DNA of 64,000 nucleotides, from contig CAVUYQ010000034.1 in the NCBI GenBank assembly GCA_963745765.1, positions 5,326 to 69,325 on the forward strand, given 5' to 3'. The stretch comes from an uncultured delta proteobacterium. GTDB lineage: Bacteria > Desulfobacterota > Desulfobulbia > Desulfobulbales > Desulfocapsaceae. The position numbers and the translations under genes were made by a program. Each line of letters begins with the position of its first letter. The stretch's first letter is position 1. The notes beneath the pieces were generated by a model that saw only the letters and a program-made list of their open reading frames with translations, was not told the DNA's origin and did no database searches. Shown in pieces: positions 51,596 to 62,458 of the stretch.

Positions 51596-52119
51596 GGTGC
51601 CATTAAGGTTTTCGTCTCTCATGAAAACGTATTGAAAAGAAAAAGAGTTATTCCGGGAAAACGGTTTCTGGTTCGCCAATAAATAGGAAGAATCAATCTT
51701 AATAAAGCTAATAGGTTATGTCAAATTTAAAGGGTCCTTGCCAGGTGGCCTGAATTCCCTTTTTTGCTGGCTTAGGAAGAGAAATATATAATAATAACAA
51801 TAATATATTTAATTTAATGAGGTGGCTGGTTTGTTAAGTAAAATGTAAAATTGTTGGTGATTAATGATCTGGAAGGATTCTTCTGGAGTACAAAATGTTG
51901 ATTTTTGTTTATCGGCATCCGGAAGAAGCCTGACGGAAAAATGGGTTGATCAATATCCCTGATGGCTGGGAAGACTGTTGTCACGATTACTTTAGGCTTG
52001 CAACTTGCTTTGTTGATGTTATTCTTTAGTGTTTCGATCAAAATTTTTGCATCGGGGTTCCGCCAGCGCATTGATTGCTGCAACCGGATCCCGGGATGGA
52101 TATATAAAAGGAGAATATC

Positions 52120-54954
52120 ATGGATTACAGGGCGACACTGAATTTGCCCAAAACGTCGTTTGCGATGAAAGCGAATCTTACGCAGAATGAGCCGATGCTG
52201 CTTAAACGCTGGGATGGGGAAGACCTCTATGGCCGGATTCAGGAACATTGTGCAGACAAGCCCTTGTTTGTTTTGCACGATGGACCTCCCTATGCAAACG
52301 GAAATATTCATCTCGGGACCGCCTTCAACAAAATACTGAAAGACATTATCCTCCGATCAAAGCGGATGTCCGGATTTAATGCACCGTATATTCCCGGCTG
52401 GGATTGTCATGGTCTGCCGATCGAGCACAACGTCGACAAGGAACTCGGAGAGAAAAAGAACAGTATCCCGACCCTTTCCAAACGAAGAGCATGTCGGAAA
52501 TATGCCGAGAAATGGATAAAGATCCAGAAGCAGGAGTTCCGGCGGCTGGGAGTAATCGGTGATTGGGACAAGCCCTATTTGACCATGTCCTATGGCTACG
52601 AGGCTACCATTGCGCGTGAGTTCAACAAATTTTTGCTCTCAGGGGCCGTCGTCAGAAGTAAAAAACCGGTTTACTGGTGTTCAACCTGTACCACGGCGCT
52701 TGCAGAGGCAGAGGTTGAATATCACGATCATTCCTCTCCATCAATCTATGTTAAATTCAGGGTCAACAGTGACCTGAGCGATATTGACCCGAAGATGGCC
52801 GGTGACAACATTGATGTGGTCATCTGGACGACAACGCCGTGGACGCTGCCTGCTAATCTGGCGGTTGCCTTTCACCCGGAGTTTGAATATGCCCTTGTCA
52901 GGGCAGATGGTCAGCGTCTTCTCATGGCCAGGGAACTGGTTGATCGGGTCATGCTGGAGTGGGAGATTACCGATTACCAGGTTGAGGTAACATTTTCGGC
53001 AACAGATCTTGAAAACCGTACCTGCCGGCACCCGTTCATGGAACGCGATTCACTGATGGTGCTGGCAGATTATGTGACCCTTGACGCGGGTACCGGGTGT
53101 GTTCATACCGCCCCGGGACACGGAACGGATGACTATCTGACCGGACTGCGTTACGGTCTCGATATTCTCTCGCCCGTTGATGATGAAGGTGTTTATACCA
53201 CGGAAGCGGGGAAGTACCGGGGAGAAAAGATTCCAGCGGTGAATCAGAAAATCATTGCGGACATGGCTGATTCAGGAAGCCTTGTCAAAGACAGCAGGAT
53301 CAATCACTCTTATCCGCACTGCTGGCGGTGCAAGAAACCGGTAATCTACCGGGCGACTCCGCAGTGGTTTCTCTCCATGGAGAATAATGGGCTGAGAAAC
53401 AAATCTCTTGACAGTATCAAGGGCGTGACCTGGACACCGGGCTGGGGGATGCAGCGAATCTATTCCATGATCGAAAACCGTCCTGACTGGTGCTTGTCCC
53501 GGCAGCGTGCCTGGGGTGTACCCATCACGGTAATAACCTGTAAAGATTGTGGAGAGATCATTAATGATGACGCACTGGTAGACAGGATAGACGAGCTTTT
53601 CACCAAGGAGGGTGCCGATGCCTGGTTCAGTCATGAACTCAGTGATTTTGTCCCGCCTGAAAAACGCTGTAAGGCCTGCGGTTCCGGTTCGTTTCGGCAG
53701 GAGACTGATATTCTGGACGTTTGGTTTGATTCAGGGGTCAGTCATGCCGCCGTTTGCGAGCAGCGCGAAGAACTTGAATCGCCTGCCGATCTCTACCTCG
53801 AGGGCAGCGATCAGCATCGCGGATGGTTTCACTCAGCATTGCTGACATCTGTCGGTACCCGGGGCAGAGCACCTTACAAGGGTGTCCTGACGCATGGTTA
53901 TGTAGTTGACGGGAAGGGCAAGAAGATGTCCAAGTCGGTCGGCAATGTAGTCGCACCCCAGGAGGTGATCGCTAAATATGGAGCGGAAATTCTCCGTCTC
54001 TGGGTGGCGAGTGAGGATTACCGTGACGATGTAAAGGTGTCCGATGAAATACTGGGGCAGGTTACCGATTCATATCGTAAAATTCGTAACACCATACGTT
54101 ACATGCTCGGCAATCTCAGTGATTTCAATCCTGCAACCGACAGTGTTGAACCCGACGCTCTTGAAGAACTTGACCTGTGGGCGCTGTCCCGGTTCGAAGA
54201 GATGAAAACGAAGGTCATCTCAGCATATGAAAATTACGAGTTTCATGCCATTTATCATGCTTTTAATTATTTTTGCAGTATGACGATGAGCGCCTTTTAC
54301 CTCGATATAATAAAAGACAGGTTATACGTATCAGGGACTGACTCAAGGCTGCGTCGGGCTGCACAGACCGTACTCTATAACATCGTCGATGGGTTATTGC
54401 TGCTTATGTCGCCTATCCTCTGCTTTACCGCTTCCGAGGCCTGGGATGCGCTCAAGGGCCGCAGCAAGACGGACGACCTTGCCACCTCCATATTTTTTAA
54501 CGAGTTCCCTGTGCCGGACAAACATTTCCATCTCGATGATGTTGCAGAACAGCGCTGGAAACAGCTCATCCGTGTCAGGTCCGAAATAACCAGGGCACTT
54601 GAGAAGGCACGGGCTGATAAAGTTATCGGCCATCCGTTGGAGGCCGAGGTACTTATCGCAACCGACCGGGCTCTCGGCGAATTTCTCTCCAGTCATTGGC
54701 AATTACTTAAGGAGATTTCGATCGTTTCGGAATTGAGCATGGTTGACGACCAGGAGCTTGGCGGTCATGAACCACTGGAAAGCGAAGAGGTCAGTGGTCT
54801 GCGCATCCTGGTCAAAGCGGCGTCAGGCGAAAAATGTGAGCGTTGCTGGATTCGTTCAACCAGTGTTGGAACACACAGCGATCATCCTGAAATCTGCAGC
54901 CGTTGTCATGATGTGGTCAAGACATTGAAGCTGCCGGCAGATACTGAGTTGTGA
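52120..54954 (+). CDS. ileS: isoleucine--tRNA ligase
   Basis: HDGPPYANGNIHLGT (HIGH) and KMSKS. C-terminal zinc-binding CERCW...CSRCH. 944 aa. Confidence 0.95.
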   Translation: MDYRATLNLPKTSFAMKANLTQNEPMLLKRWDGEDLYGRIQEHCADKPLFVLHDGPPYANGNIHLGTAFNKILKDIILRSKRMSGFNAPYIPGWDCHGLPIEHNVDKELGEKKNSIPTLSKRRACRKYAEKWIKIQKQEFRRLGVIGDWDKPYLTMSYGYEATIAREFNKFLLSGAVVRSKKPVYWCSTCTTALAEAEVEYHDHSSPSIYVKFRVNSDLSDIDPKMAGDNIDVVIWTTTPWTLPANLAVAFHPEFEYALVRADGQRLLMARELVDRVMLEWEITDYQVEVTFSATDLENRTCRHPFMERDSLMVLADYVTLDAGTGCVHTAPGHGTDDYLTGLRYGLDILSPVDDEGVYTTEAGKYRGEKIPAVNQKIIADMADSGSLVKDSRINHSYPHCWRCKKPVIYRATPQWFLSMENNGLRNKSLDSIKGVTWTPGWGMQRIYSMIENRPDWCLSRQRAWGVPITVITCKDCGEIINDDALVDRIDELFTKEGADAWFSHELSDFVPPEKRCKACGSGSFRQETDILDVWFDSGVSHAAVCEQREELESPADLYLEGSDQHRGWFHSALLTSVGTRGRAPYKGVLTHGYVVDGKGKKMSKSVGNVVAPQEVIAKYGAEILRLWVASEDYRDDVKVSDEILGQVTDSYRKIRNTIRYMLGNLSDFNPATDSVEPDALEELDLWALSRFEEMKTKVISAYENYEFHAIYHAFNYFCSMTMSAFYLDIIKDRLYVSGTDSRLRRAAQTVLYNIVDGLLLLMSPILCFTASEAWDALKGRSKTDDLATSIFFNEFPVPDKHFHLDDVAEQRWKQLIRVRSEITRALEKARADKVIGHPLEAEVLIATDRALGEFLSSHWQLLKEISIVSELSMVDDQELGGHEPLESEEVSGLRILVKAASGEKCERCWIRSTSVGTHSDHPEICSRCHDVVKTLKLPADTEL

Positions 54955-55442
54955 TTCTCTACGGTTTTCTGCTCACTTTAGTGCTGATAGCTGATCAGCT
55001 GAGCAAACACTGGATTGTCACACATTTTTCTCTGTATGAAATGCGCGAGATTCTGCCGGGTTTTTTTAATCTGGTGTACGTGACCAACAAGGGGGCGGCC
55101 TTTTCACTGTTTGCATCCATAGATTCACCCATCAGGCATTATTTTTTTACCTTTGTAAACGGTGCAGCGGTTATCGGGTTGACTATCGCAGCTTTTAAAA
55201 TGCGGAGCGGAAACCTTCTCTACCGTCTGTCGTTCGCACTCATAGCCGCCGGTGCCTGTGGCAATCTTGTTGACCGCCTTCGTTATGGAGCGGTAATCGA
55301 TTTTCTCGATTTTTTCATTGGTGAATACCACTGGCCTGCCTTCAATGTGGCTGACTCGTCAATCTTTATCGGTGTCGTCCTCCTGTTTATCACGAATATC
55401 CTGTTGGAATCAAAAAAGAAACATTTACGGAGTAGTTCATGA
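54951..55442 (+). CDS. lspA: lipoprotein signal peptidase II
   Basis: NKGAAFS...NLVDRLRYGAVIDFLDF...WPAFNVADS. Confidence 0.92.
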   Translation: MILYGFLLTLVLIADQLSKHWIVTHFSLYEMREILPGFFNLVYVTNKGAAFSLFASIDSPIRHYFFTFVNGAAVIGLTIAAFKMRSGNLLYRLSFALIAAGACGNLVDRLRYGAVIDFLDFFIGEYHWPAFNVADSSIFIGVVLLFITNILLESKKKHLRSSS

Positions 55443-56389
55443 AAATAGCAGTGCTGTTTCCCGGGCAGGGATCACAGTTTATCGGAATGGGAAAAGAGTT
55501 TATCGAAACTGAGTCCGCCTGTGCCGAGGTTGCAGCAATAGCTGAGTCGGTGTGCGATTTTCCGCTGCAGAGCCTGGTTCAGCAGGGTCCGATGGAAAAG
55601 CTCGTTCAGGTTGCTGTTCTGATGCCGGCAATTACCATGACGAATCTTGTCTGCCTCAGGGCCCTGGAGACGAGCCTGCCGGCAGAGGCGAAGATCGCCG
55701 GTTATGCCGGACACAGTCTTGGTGAGTACGCGGCCTTGTGCGGTGCCGGGGTCATCTCCGTTGAGGATACCATCAGGCTTGTTGAAAGGCGGGGATTTTT
55801 TATGCAGCGCGAGGGAAATAAAAATCCGGGCGGTATGAGAGCGATCCTTGGCCTTGACATTGAGACTGTTGAAAGCGTAGTAAACGAATACAGCGGCACA
55901 GGCGTGGTAATGGTTGCCAATTACAATACCAGGGAGCAAATCGTCATCTCGGGCGACAGTACCGGTCTTGATGCGGTGAGCGGACCTCTGCAGGATAAAG
56001 GGGGCAGGGTGATCGCCCTCAACGTCAGTGTCGCAAATCATAGTCCCCTGGTGGCAGATGCGGTGCCTGATTTTTCAGGCTTTATGGAAACGATCGCCTT
56101 CAGTCCTCCGCAGACACCGGTCTATTTTAATGTTTCAGCTGCTGTGGAAAACGATCCGGCTCTCATTAAAAAGATGATGGCCAGGCAGATTGCCTCCCGG
56201 GTCCGCTGGTATGAAATTATCTGCCGGATGCTGGCAGACGGAGTTGACACCTTCATTGAAGTGGGACCCAAAACTGTTTTGAAAGGCATGATGCGTAAGA
56301 TCGTGCCGAAAGAAGCCGCCGTGACATCGCTGCAGTTTGATAATCCGGACACGCTTCAGACCTGCCTTGAAAAACTTGGCCTTCGATAA
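55439..56389 (+). CDS. fabD: malonyl CoA-ACP transacylase
   Basis: FPGQGSQFIGMG and GHSLGEYAAL. Confidence 0.92.
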   Translation: MKIAVLFPGQGSQFIGMGKEFIETESACAEVAAIAESVCDFPLQSLVQQGPMEKLVQVAVLMPAITMTNLVCLRALETSLPAEAKIAGYAGHSLGEYAALCGAGVISVEDTIRLVERRGFFMQREGNKNPGGMRAILGLDIETVESVVNEYSGTGVVMVANYNTREQIVISGDSTGLDAVSGPLQDKGGRVIALNVSVANHSPLVADAVPDFSGFMETIAFSPPQTPVYFNVSAAVENDPALIKKMMARQIASRVRWYEIICRMLADGVDTFIEVGPKTVLKGMMRKIVPKEAAVTSLQFDNPDTLQTCLEKLGLR

Positions 56390-56502
56390 GTTCTTTTTCG
56401 TTTACTCTTTCCAGGGAAGGAAATTTCCGATTGCGTGCCTATAGTTGATGCTTAAGCAATAGAGATACTGCAGAAAGCACATTCCAGGAGGCATTATTCG
56501 TT

Positions 56503-57480
56503 ATGGCTGAGATTGAATATTATTTTAATAAGGTACTTTCCGGCAGGGATCTCAGTATCGAGGAGGCGCTCGATCTGGCCGGGCATACGGAATCTTCTGT
56601 CCTTTTTGAGGCGGCTGATCGGCTCAGGAAAAAGATCCATGGCAATCATTTTGATCTCTGTTCCATTATCAATGCCAGATCCGGCATGTGTTCGGAAAAC
56701 TGCCGGTTCTGCGCCCAGTCCTCGCGATACCAGACGGACGTCAGTACCTACGATATGGTTTCCTATGACGAGGTGAGCCGGCAGGGAAAAGAGAATGAAG
56801 ATGCGGGCGTCGCTCGCTTTTCCCTCGTTACAGCCGGCCGTGAGCTGACGTCTGCGGATGTTGAATCGTTTGGCAGGATGTATGAAAAACTCGGGGAAGA
56901 GAGCGACCTCTATTTCTGTGCATCAATGGGTTTTCTGACCAGGGATAAAGCGGAAAAACTGGCTGCCAGCGGGGTGAAGCGCTATCATTGTAATCTGGAG
57001 ACATGCCGCAGCTTTTTCCCGGAGGTTTGCACCACGCACACCTGGGAGCAGAAGGTTGAAACGATCAGGATAGCACGCGAGGCAGGAATGGACATCTGTT
57101 CCGGCGGCATCATCGGTCTGGGCGAAAGTTTCAGGCAGCGACTCGAACTCGCCTTTGAACTGCGGGAGCTTGGGGTCTTTTCTATTCCGATCAACATCCT
57201 GACTCCCATTCCCGGTACACCCTTTGCTGAAAAGAAACCATTGTCCCTGTCCGAGGTTCTAACCTGCATTGCCCTGTTTCGTTTCATCAATCCACATGCA
57301 GTTGTTCGCTTAGCCGGCGGTCGTTCGCAACTCGGTGACGACCAGTACCGCTGCTTTCTGTCAGGAGCAAACGGTGCTATCGTCGGTAATTACCTGACGA
57401 CATCCGGCAACAACATCGAGGAAGATCTTGCCATGATCAAATCAATCGGATTTCGTCCGGAACAGCTGAAAAAGGAGTGA
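56503..57480 (+). CDS. bioB: biotin synthase
   Basis: Radical SAM CSENCRFCAQS. Conserved NLETC and GGIIGLGE. Confidence 0.93.
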   Translation: MAEIEYYFNKVLSGRDLSIEEALDLAGHTESSVLFEAADRLRKKIHGNHFDLCSIINARSGMCSENCRFCAQSSRYQTDVSTYDMVSYDEVSRQGKENEDAGVARFSLVTAGRELTSADVESFGRMYEKLGEESDLYFCASMGFLTRDKAEKLAASGVKRYHCNLETCRSFFPEVCTTHTWEQKVETIRIAREAGMDICSGGIIGLGESFRQRLELAFELRELGVFSIPINILTPIPGTPFAEKKPLSLSEVLTCIALFRFINPHAVVRLAGGRSQLGDDQYRCFLSGANGAIVGNYLTTSGNNIEEDLAMIKSIGFRPEQLKKE

Positions 57481-58790
57481 GCGGTATCGTGTTAGCCGAC
57501 AGTTCCGTACAGAGCCTGATCACATTTGACCGGAAGCATCTCTGGCATCCCTATACCTCGATGACCGATCCGTTGCCGGTGTTTCCCGTTTCTTCCGCAT
57601 CCGGCGTTCGAATAAGGTTATGTGACGGCCGGGAACTGGTGGATGGGATGGCATCCTGGTGGGCGGCAATTCATGGATACTCCCATCCGCGACTTGTGCA
57701 GGTTCTCAAGGATCAGGCCGGTAGAATGAGTCATGTCATGTTTGGCGGCCTGACTCACGAGCCGGCCGTTGAACTGGGTCGCAGGCTTGTGGCTCTGGCT
57801 CCGGCCGGTCTGGAACGTGTCTTCTTCTGTGATTCCGGCTCGGTTGCGGTGGAAGTCGCGATGAAGATGGCCTTGCAGTATTATCATGCAGCCGGGCGGC
57901 GGGAGAAACAACGCTTTATCACCATCCGCTCAGGTTATCATGGCGATACTTTCCACGCCATGTCGGTCTGTGATCCGGTCACTGGTATGCACCATATCTA
58001 TTCAGGCGTGTTGCCTGAATATTATTTTGCCCCGCGTCCCGAATGCACCTTTGCTCAGGATTGGGATGCTGAGGATATCAGCGGACTTCGGGACCTCGTC
58101 GAGAGACATCAACAGGAATTATGCGCGCTTATTCTTGAGCCGGTTGTTCAGGGGGCAGGGGGGATGCGCTTTTACCATCCAGAGTATTTGAAACAGGCCC
58201 GACTGATCTGCGATGAATTTGATATATTGCTCATTGCCGATGAAATTGCCACCGGGTTCGGGCGAAGCGGCAGGATGTTCGCTTGCAACCATGCTGCAAT
58301 TTCTCCCGATATCATGTGTGTCGGTAAGGCGCTCACCGCAGGCTTTATGACCCTTGCCGCCGTCCTGGCCAGTGATCGGGTAGGTCGGGGCATCTCATCC
58401 GGAGCGCCCGGGGTCTTTATGCATGGGCCGACATTCATGGCAAATCCACTTGCCTGCCGGGTCGCCGTGGAATCGATAGACATGCTGATCGAAAACGACT
58501 GGGAAAAAATGGTTTTTCGCCTCGAACAGGGGTTAAAAAAAGGCTTGTCCGGCGCCGCTGAATTTGAGCAGGTCAAAGATGTGCGGGTTCTCGGCGGTAT
58601 CGGTGTCGTTGAACTCTGCCGGCCGGTTGATATGGTCAGGATACAGCAGCGATTCGTTGAACGAGGCGTCTGGGTTCGGCCCTTCGGCAAGCTGGTCTAC
58701 CTGATGCCTCCGTACATCATTGACGATGAAGACCTTGCTCTTCTTACCGAAGCGGTGGTTGACGTTGTGCATGAAGAGGTCGCAGCCTGA
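57477..58790 (+). CDS. bioA: adenosylmethionine-8-amino-7-oxononanoate aminotransferase
   Basis: HLWHPYTSM...SWWAAIHGYSHP...DEIATGFGRSG...KALTAG. Confidence 0.92.
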   Translation: MSGIVLADSSVQSLITFDRKHLWHPYTSMTDPLPVFPVSSASGVRIRLCDGRELVDGMASWWAAIHGYSHPRLVQVLKDQAGRMSHVMFGGLTHEPAVELGRRLVALAPAGLERVFFCDSGSVAVEVAMKMALQYYHAAGRREKQRFITIRSGYHGDTFHAMSVCDPVTGMHHIYSGVLPEYYFAPRPECTFAQDWDAEDISGLRDLVERHQQELCALILEPVVQGAGGMRFYHPEYLKQARLICDEFDILLIADEIATGFGRSGRMFACNHAAISPDIMCVGKALTAGFMTLAAVLASDRVGRGISSGAPGVFMHGPTFMANPLACRVAVESIDMLIENDWEKMVFRLEQGLKKGLSGAAEFEQVKDVRVLGGIGVVELCRPVDMVRIQQRFVERGVWVRPFGKLVYLMPPYIIDDEDLALLTEAVVDVVHEEVAA

Positions 58791-59971
58791 TGCCCGGATT
58801 TAAAGAAACGCTGGTAAATCTTGAGCAGCAGGGCATGCTGCGACGATTTCAGCCGTTGTCAGGCAGGGACCGCTCCCGCATCAATTGCGGCGATAGTTCT
58901 CTTTTGAATCTCAGCTCGAATGATTATCTCGGACTTGCCGCCAATAAAGGTCTGCTCGAAGAATTTTATCAGTTGCGTAAAGGTGATAATGCTATCGATA
59001 CCTTCGGGCTGGGCGTTGCCTCATCCCGTCTGCTCACTGGTGACAGCCCGGTTGCTCATGAACTTGAGAGCCGTCTTGCCGAGCTTTACGGGAGTGAAAG
59101 CTGCCTCTTGTTCAACTCAGGCTACCACGCGAATATCGGTATATTTCCAGCTCTCTTCAACAAAAATGATCTGATTATCTCTGATAAACTCAATCATGCT
59201 TCAATTCATGATGGCCTCCTGCTGTGCCGTGCGGAAAGCAAACGGTTCAGGCATGTCGATTATGACCATTTAACAGCGATTCTCGAGCAATACCGTGACC
59301 GTTATGAAAAGGTACTCATTATCAGTGAGACGGTTTTCAGCATGGATGGCGATGTAGCCGATGTTGAAAAACTGGTGGCGCTGAAAGACAAATACCGCTG
59401 CATGCTCTATCTTGATGAAGCACATGCGGTCGGTCTTTACGGAGGCCAGGGTCTTGGTATCGCCGAGCGTGAAGGGCTGCTCGATAAAATCGATCTGCTC
59501 GTCGGTACCTTCGGCAAGGCGTGCGGCTCGATCGGTGCTTTCCTGATTTGTTCATCCGACATTCGAGAGTTTCTGGTGAACCACAGCCGATCGCTGATCT
59601 TCACGACGGCCCTGCCGCCGGTTGTCCTCTCCTGGAACCTCTTTGTCATAAAGCGGATCCCCGGCATGGCTGAACAAAGACTTCACCTGCAGAAGATGTC
59701 CGACCTGCTGCGCCGGGAACTTGCCGCAAAAGGCCTTCGTACCGGCGGTTCAACCAATATTATTCCGGTCATCATCGGTGCTGCCGCAGATACGGTCTCA
59801 GCGGCGGCGTATCTCAGGAAGCAGGGCTTTCTGGTGCTGCCGGTGCGCCCGCCAACGGTACCGCGGGACAGTTCGAGATTCCGATTCTCACTCACCGCCG
59901 ATCTGCGCTGGGAACAGCTTGAAAAGCTGCCGGGACTGGTCTGCCGCGCCCTGCGGGATGGAAGCGGATGA
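58790..59971 (+). CDS. bioF: 8-amino-7-oxononanoate synthase
   Basis: SNDYLGL...DEAHAVG...GTFGKACGSIGAF (PLP lysine). Confidence 0.9.
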   Translation: MPGFKETLVNLEQQGMLRRFQPLSGRDRSRINCGDSSLLNLSSNDYLGLAANKGLLEEFYQLRKGDNAIDTFGLGVASSRLLTGDSPVAHELESRLAELYGSESCLLFNSGYHANIGIFPALFNKNDLIISDKLNHASIHDGLLLCRAESKRFRHVDYDHLTAILEQYRDRYEKVLIISETVFSMDGDVADVEKLVALKDKYRCMLYLDEAHAVGLYGGQGLGIAEREGLLDKIDLLVGTFGKACGSIGAFLICSSDIREFLVNHSRSLIFTTALPPVVLSWNLFVIKRIPGMAEQRLHLQKMSDLLRRELAAKGLRTGGSTNIIPVIIGAAADTVSAAAYLRKQGFLVLPVRPPTVPRDSSRFRFSLTADLRWEQLEKLPGLVCRALRDGSG

Positions 59972-60648
59972 AAGCAGCCTGGCGCAACGGTGAGCATGCT
60001 GACAGTCTGATCGTGTTTTGCAGCGGCTGGGGGATGGATGAGTCCCCGTTTTCCTTTTTGGAGCCAGGCGGGCATGATGTCTGTATGCTTTATGATTACC
60101 GGAATATTACCGTACCGTCGGCCCTGAAAGAACGATTATCCGGCTACCGGAGCCGCTATCTCGTCTGTTGGTCAATGGGGGTGTGGGCCGGCCAGGAATT
60201 GTTTTTTTTAAACCAGGATCTGTTTGTTAAGAGAATTGCCCTTAACGGGACCCTGCTGCCCATTAGCGATCACTTCGGCATTCCCCTTTCAATATATGAG
60301 AAAACCCTTGCTACATTCGATGATAATGGCCGTCAGCGCTTTTATCGCAGGATGTGCCGGGAGCCCGGCGTACTGCAGAAGTTTCTGAAAGTGAAACCAC
60401 GGCGGCAGGTCTGCGACCAGAAGGAAGAGCTTATCTGTCTGCGGGATATGGTGGGCAAGACGGGACACAAGGCTTCGATCTATAGCGATATTATTATATC
60501 TGACAACGATCTTGTCATACCGACAGTAAACCAGAGAGCCCACTGGGGGCAGCACGAATCCGTCGTTTCGATAAGAGGCTGTCATTTCCCTTTTTTCCGC
60601 TGGCGCAGCTGGGATGAACTTTTAGACGTGGTGATGACAAATGACTGA
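59968..60648 (+). CDS. bioG: pimeloyl-ACP methyl ester esterase BioG (DUF452)
   Basis: LIVFCSGWGMDESPF, VCWSMGVWAGQ and ALNGTLLPISDHFGIP match my recollection of the BioG signature. Confidence 0.75.
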   Translation: MKAAWRNGEHADSLIVFCSGWGMDESPFSFLEPGGHDVCMLYDYRNITVPSALKERLSGYRSRYLVCWSMGVWAGQELFFLNQDLFVKRIALNGTLLPISDHFGIPLSIYEKTLATFDDNGRQRFYRRMCREPGVLQKFLKVKPRRQVCDQKEELICLRDMVGKTGHKASIYSDIIISDNDLVIPTVNQRAHWGQHESVVSIRGCHFPFFRWRSWDELLDVVMTND

Positions 60649-61426
60649 GCCGAGCACCGGGCTTGAAAAGAATAAGATTGCCCGCTCATTTCTTCGCGGT
60701 AAGTCAACCTATGATGAAGAGGCCGTCGTGCAGCAGAAGGTAAATGAGAGGCTCCTTGCCCTGTTGCGCCGGCTGGACCGGTTCGACTTCCGCAATATTC
60801 TCGAAATCGGCTGTTGTACCGGGATGTTGACTGAAATGCTCAGCAAGCATTTCAGCCTGGCGCATCTCTTTATCAATGATCTTGTTCCCGAATTTTACGA
60901 CACGGTTATCAACCGGCTGGGCGAAGATGCCAGGAAGCATATCCAGCCTTATTTTGGTGATATTGAACAGCGCATAGTACCGACCGGACTTGACCTGATC
61001 ATTTCGACTTCAACGCTGCAGTGGCTCACTGACCTGGAAGGATTTTTTGACCGGATTCTCTCTTCTCTGGTTGATAACGGTATTATCGCCTTTTCAATGT
61101 TCGGGCAGGAAACCTTTTCCGAGGTAACGGAGTTGACCGGTGCCGGACTGAACTATCCGTCTTTTGAAATGGTATCGGTTCTTGTCGAAAAGCGGTTTCG
61201 CCCGATATATAAAGGAGTCGAGCGGGATCAGCTTTTTTTCTCCGAACCCGAGAAGGTGCTGCGACATATACAGGCAACCGGTGTCGGTGGTGTTGGTGGA
61301 TACACCTGGACTCCGCGAAGGATTGAAAAATTTGTCCGGGACTACCGGGTTCGCTTCGAGACAAGCCGGGGAATGCCGCTCAGTTATGTGTCTTATACCT
61401 TTATTGGTGAGAAGGTTTCTTCATGA
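60641..61426 (+). CDS. bioC: malonyl-ACP O-methyltransferase
   Basis: SAM-binding ILEIGCCTGMLT. Position within the bio operon. Confidence 0.85.
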   Translation: MTEPSTGLEKNKIARSFLRGKSTYDEEAVVQQKVNERLLALLRRLDRFDFRNILEIGCCTGMLTEMLSKHFSLAHLFINDLVPEFYDTVINRLGEDARKHIQPYFGDIEQRIVPTGLDLIISTSTLQWLTDLEGFFDRILSSLVDNGIIAFSMFGQETFSEVTELTGAGLNYPSFEMVSVLVEKRFRPIYKGVERDQLFFSEPEKVLRHIQATGVGGVGGYTWTPRRIEKFVRDYRVRFETSRGMPLSYVSYTFIGEKVSS

Positions 61427-62125
61427 CTAAGTCCGATAAAAAAAACATTATCGTGGTATCAGGTATTGATACCGGCATCGGTAAAACCATTGCGACCGGT
61501 CTGATGGCCCGCTGGTTAAAGGAATCAGGTTCTTCGGTAATAACGATGAAGATGGTTCAGACCGGCTGCTCCCGTATGAGTGAGGATATTCTCGAACACC
61601 GGAAATTGTCCGGCATGTCACTGCAGGAAGAGGACGCCGTTGGGCTTACCTGTCCCTATATTTTTTCGGTGCCGTGCTCTCCGCATCTCGCCGCCAGGCT
61701 TGACGGCAGTTATATCAACCCGGATGTTATAACCTCTTCTGCTCGGCAGCTATCTGAAATATATGACTATGTCCTTGTTGAAGGAGTTGGCGGACTTTTT
61801 GTGCCGCTCAATGATCAACTAACCGTAATTGACCTCGTGGCAGCCAACAGCTGGCCGACCATACTGGTGACAGGCCCCCGCCTGGGGTCCATTAACCATA
61901 CTCTTGCAGCACTCGATGCGCTGAAGAGCAGAGCGGATGAAATTGCAGGGATTGGTCTACAATCTTGAAGGCAGCAATGCAATGGACCAAAGGATCGTTG
62001 CCGACTCGCGCCTGGTCTTCAGCAACCACATCGAGAAAATGGATGGAGCCTCCCGGCTCTGCGATATTCCGCCGGTTGCCTGCACTAGATCATATTGTGT
62101 TGATTTTTCAGTGATTTTTAAATAG
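61423..62125 (+). CDS. bioD: dethiobiotin synthase, one frame disruption
   Basis: VSGIDTGIGKT...VEGVGGLFVP (61423..61968). The C-terminus LQGLVYNLEGSNAMDQRIVADS... is in ORF 61937..62125. The shift lies near 61925..61945. Confidence 0.85.
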
Positions 62126-62202
62126 GAGCCATTGCAGAATCGCTGTTGACGATGACGTCTGTCGGGATACTGCTATTATTGTCTTAAGAGGGTATACACG
62201 GA

Positions 62203-62442
62203 ATGATGAAACAGATATGTCTGAATTGTAAACGGTATCGTCCGGAAGATGAATGTACCGGACGCTGCCGCCTGGCCCGGGGTAAAGTTGAAGCAAGCGA
62301 ATACCCGGTCATGAAACACGAGGATCATTGCCGCTTCTGGCAGGATGCGGGACAGCAGTATTTCATCCGTGCCGGATGGCTGAAAAACATGAAAAGCAAG
62401 GCAAAGGAAGGTGAGCGACAAGGGCGGCAGGAGAAGAAATAA
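62203..62442 (+). CDS. small Cys-rich hypothetical protein (79 aa)
   Basis: CLNCKRY...CTGRC...HC motif pattern with a basic tail. No recognised family. Confidence 0.4.
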   Translation: MMKQICLNCKRYRPEDECTGRCRLARGKVEASEYPVMKHEDHCRFWQDAGQQYFIRAGWLKNMKSKAKEGERQGRQEKK

Positions 62443-62458
62443 GAGGAGAGCCGATCTT

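Noticed and set aside
51680-52119. T-box or another leader riboswitch upstream of ileS in the 440-bp gap, and the AT-rich near-palindrome around 51781..51835.
   Set aside because: I found no match to the T-box core (GGGTGGTACCGCG; the best is GAGGTGGCTGG), no specifier/terminator architecture, and no DnaA-box-like repeats. ORF 51814..52311 on the minus strand overlaps the ileS start and looks spurious.
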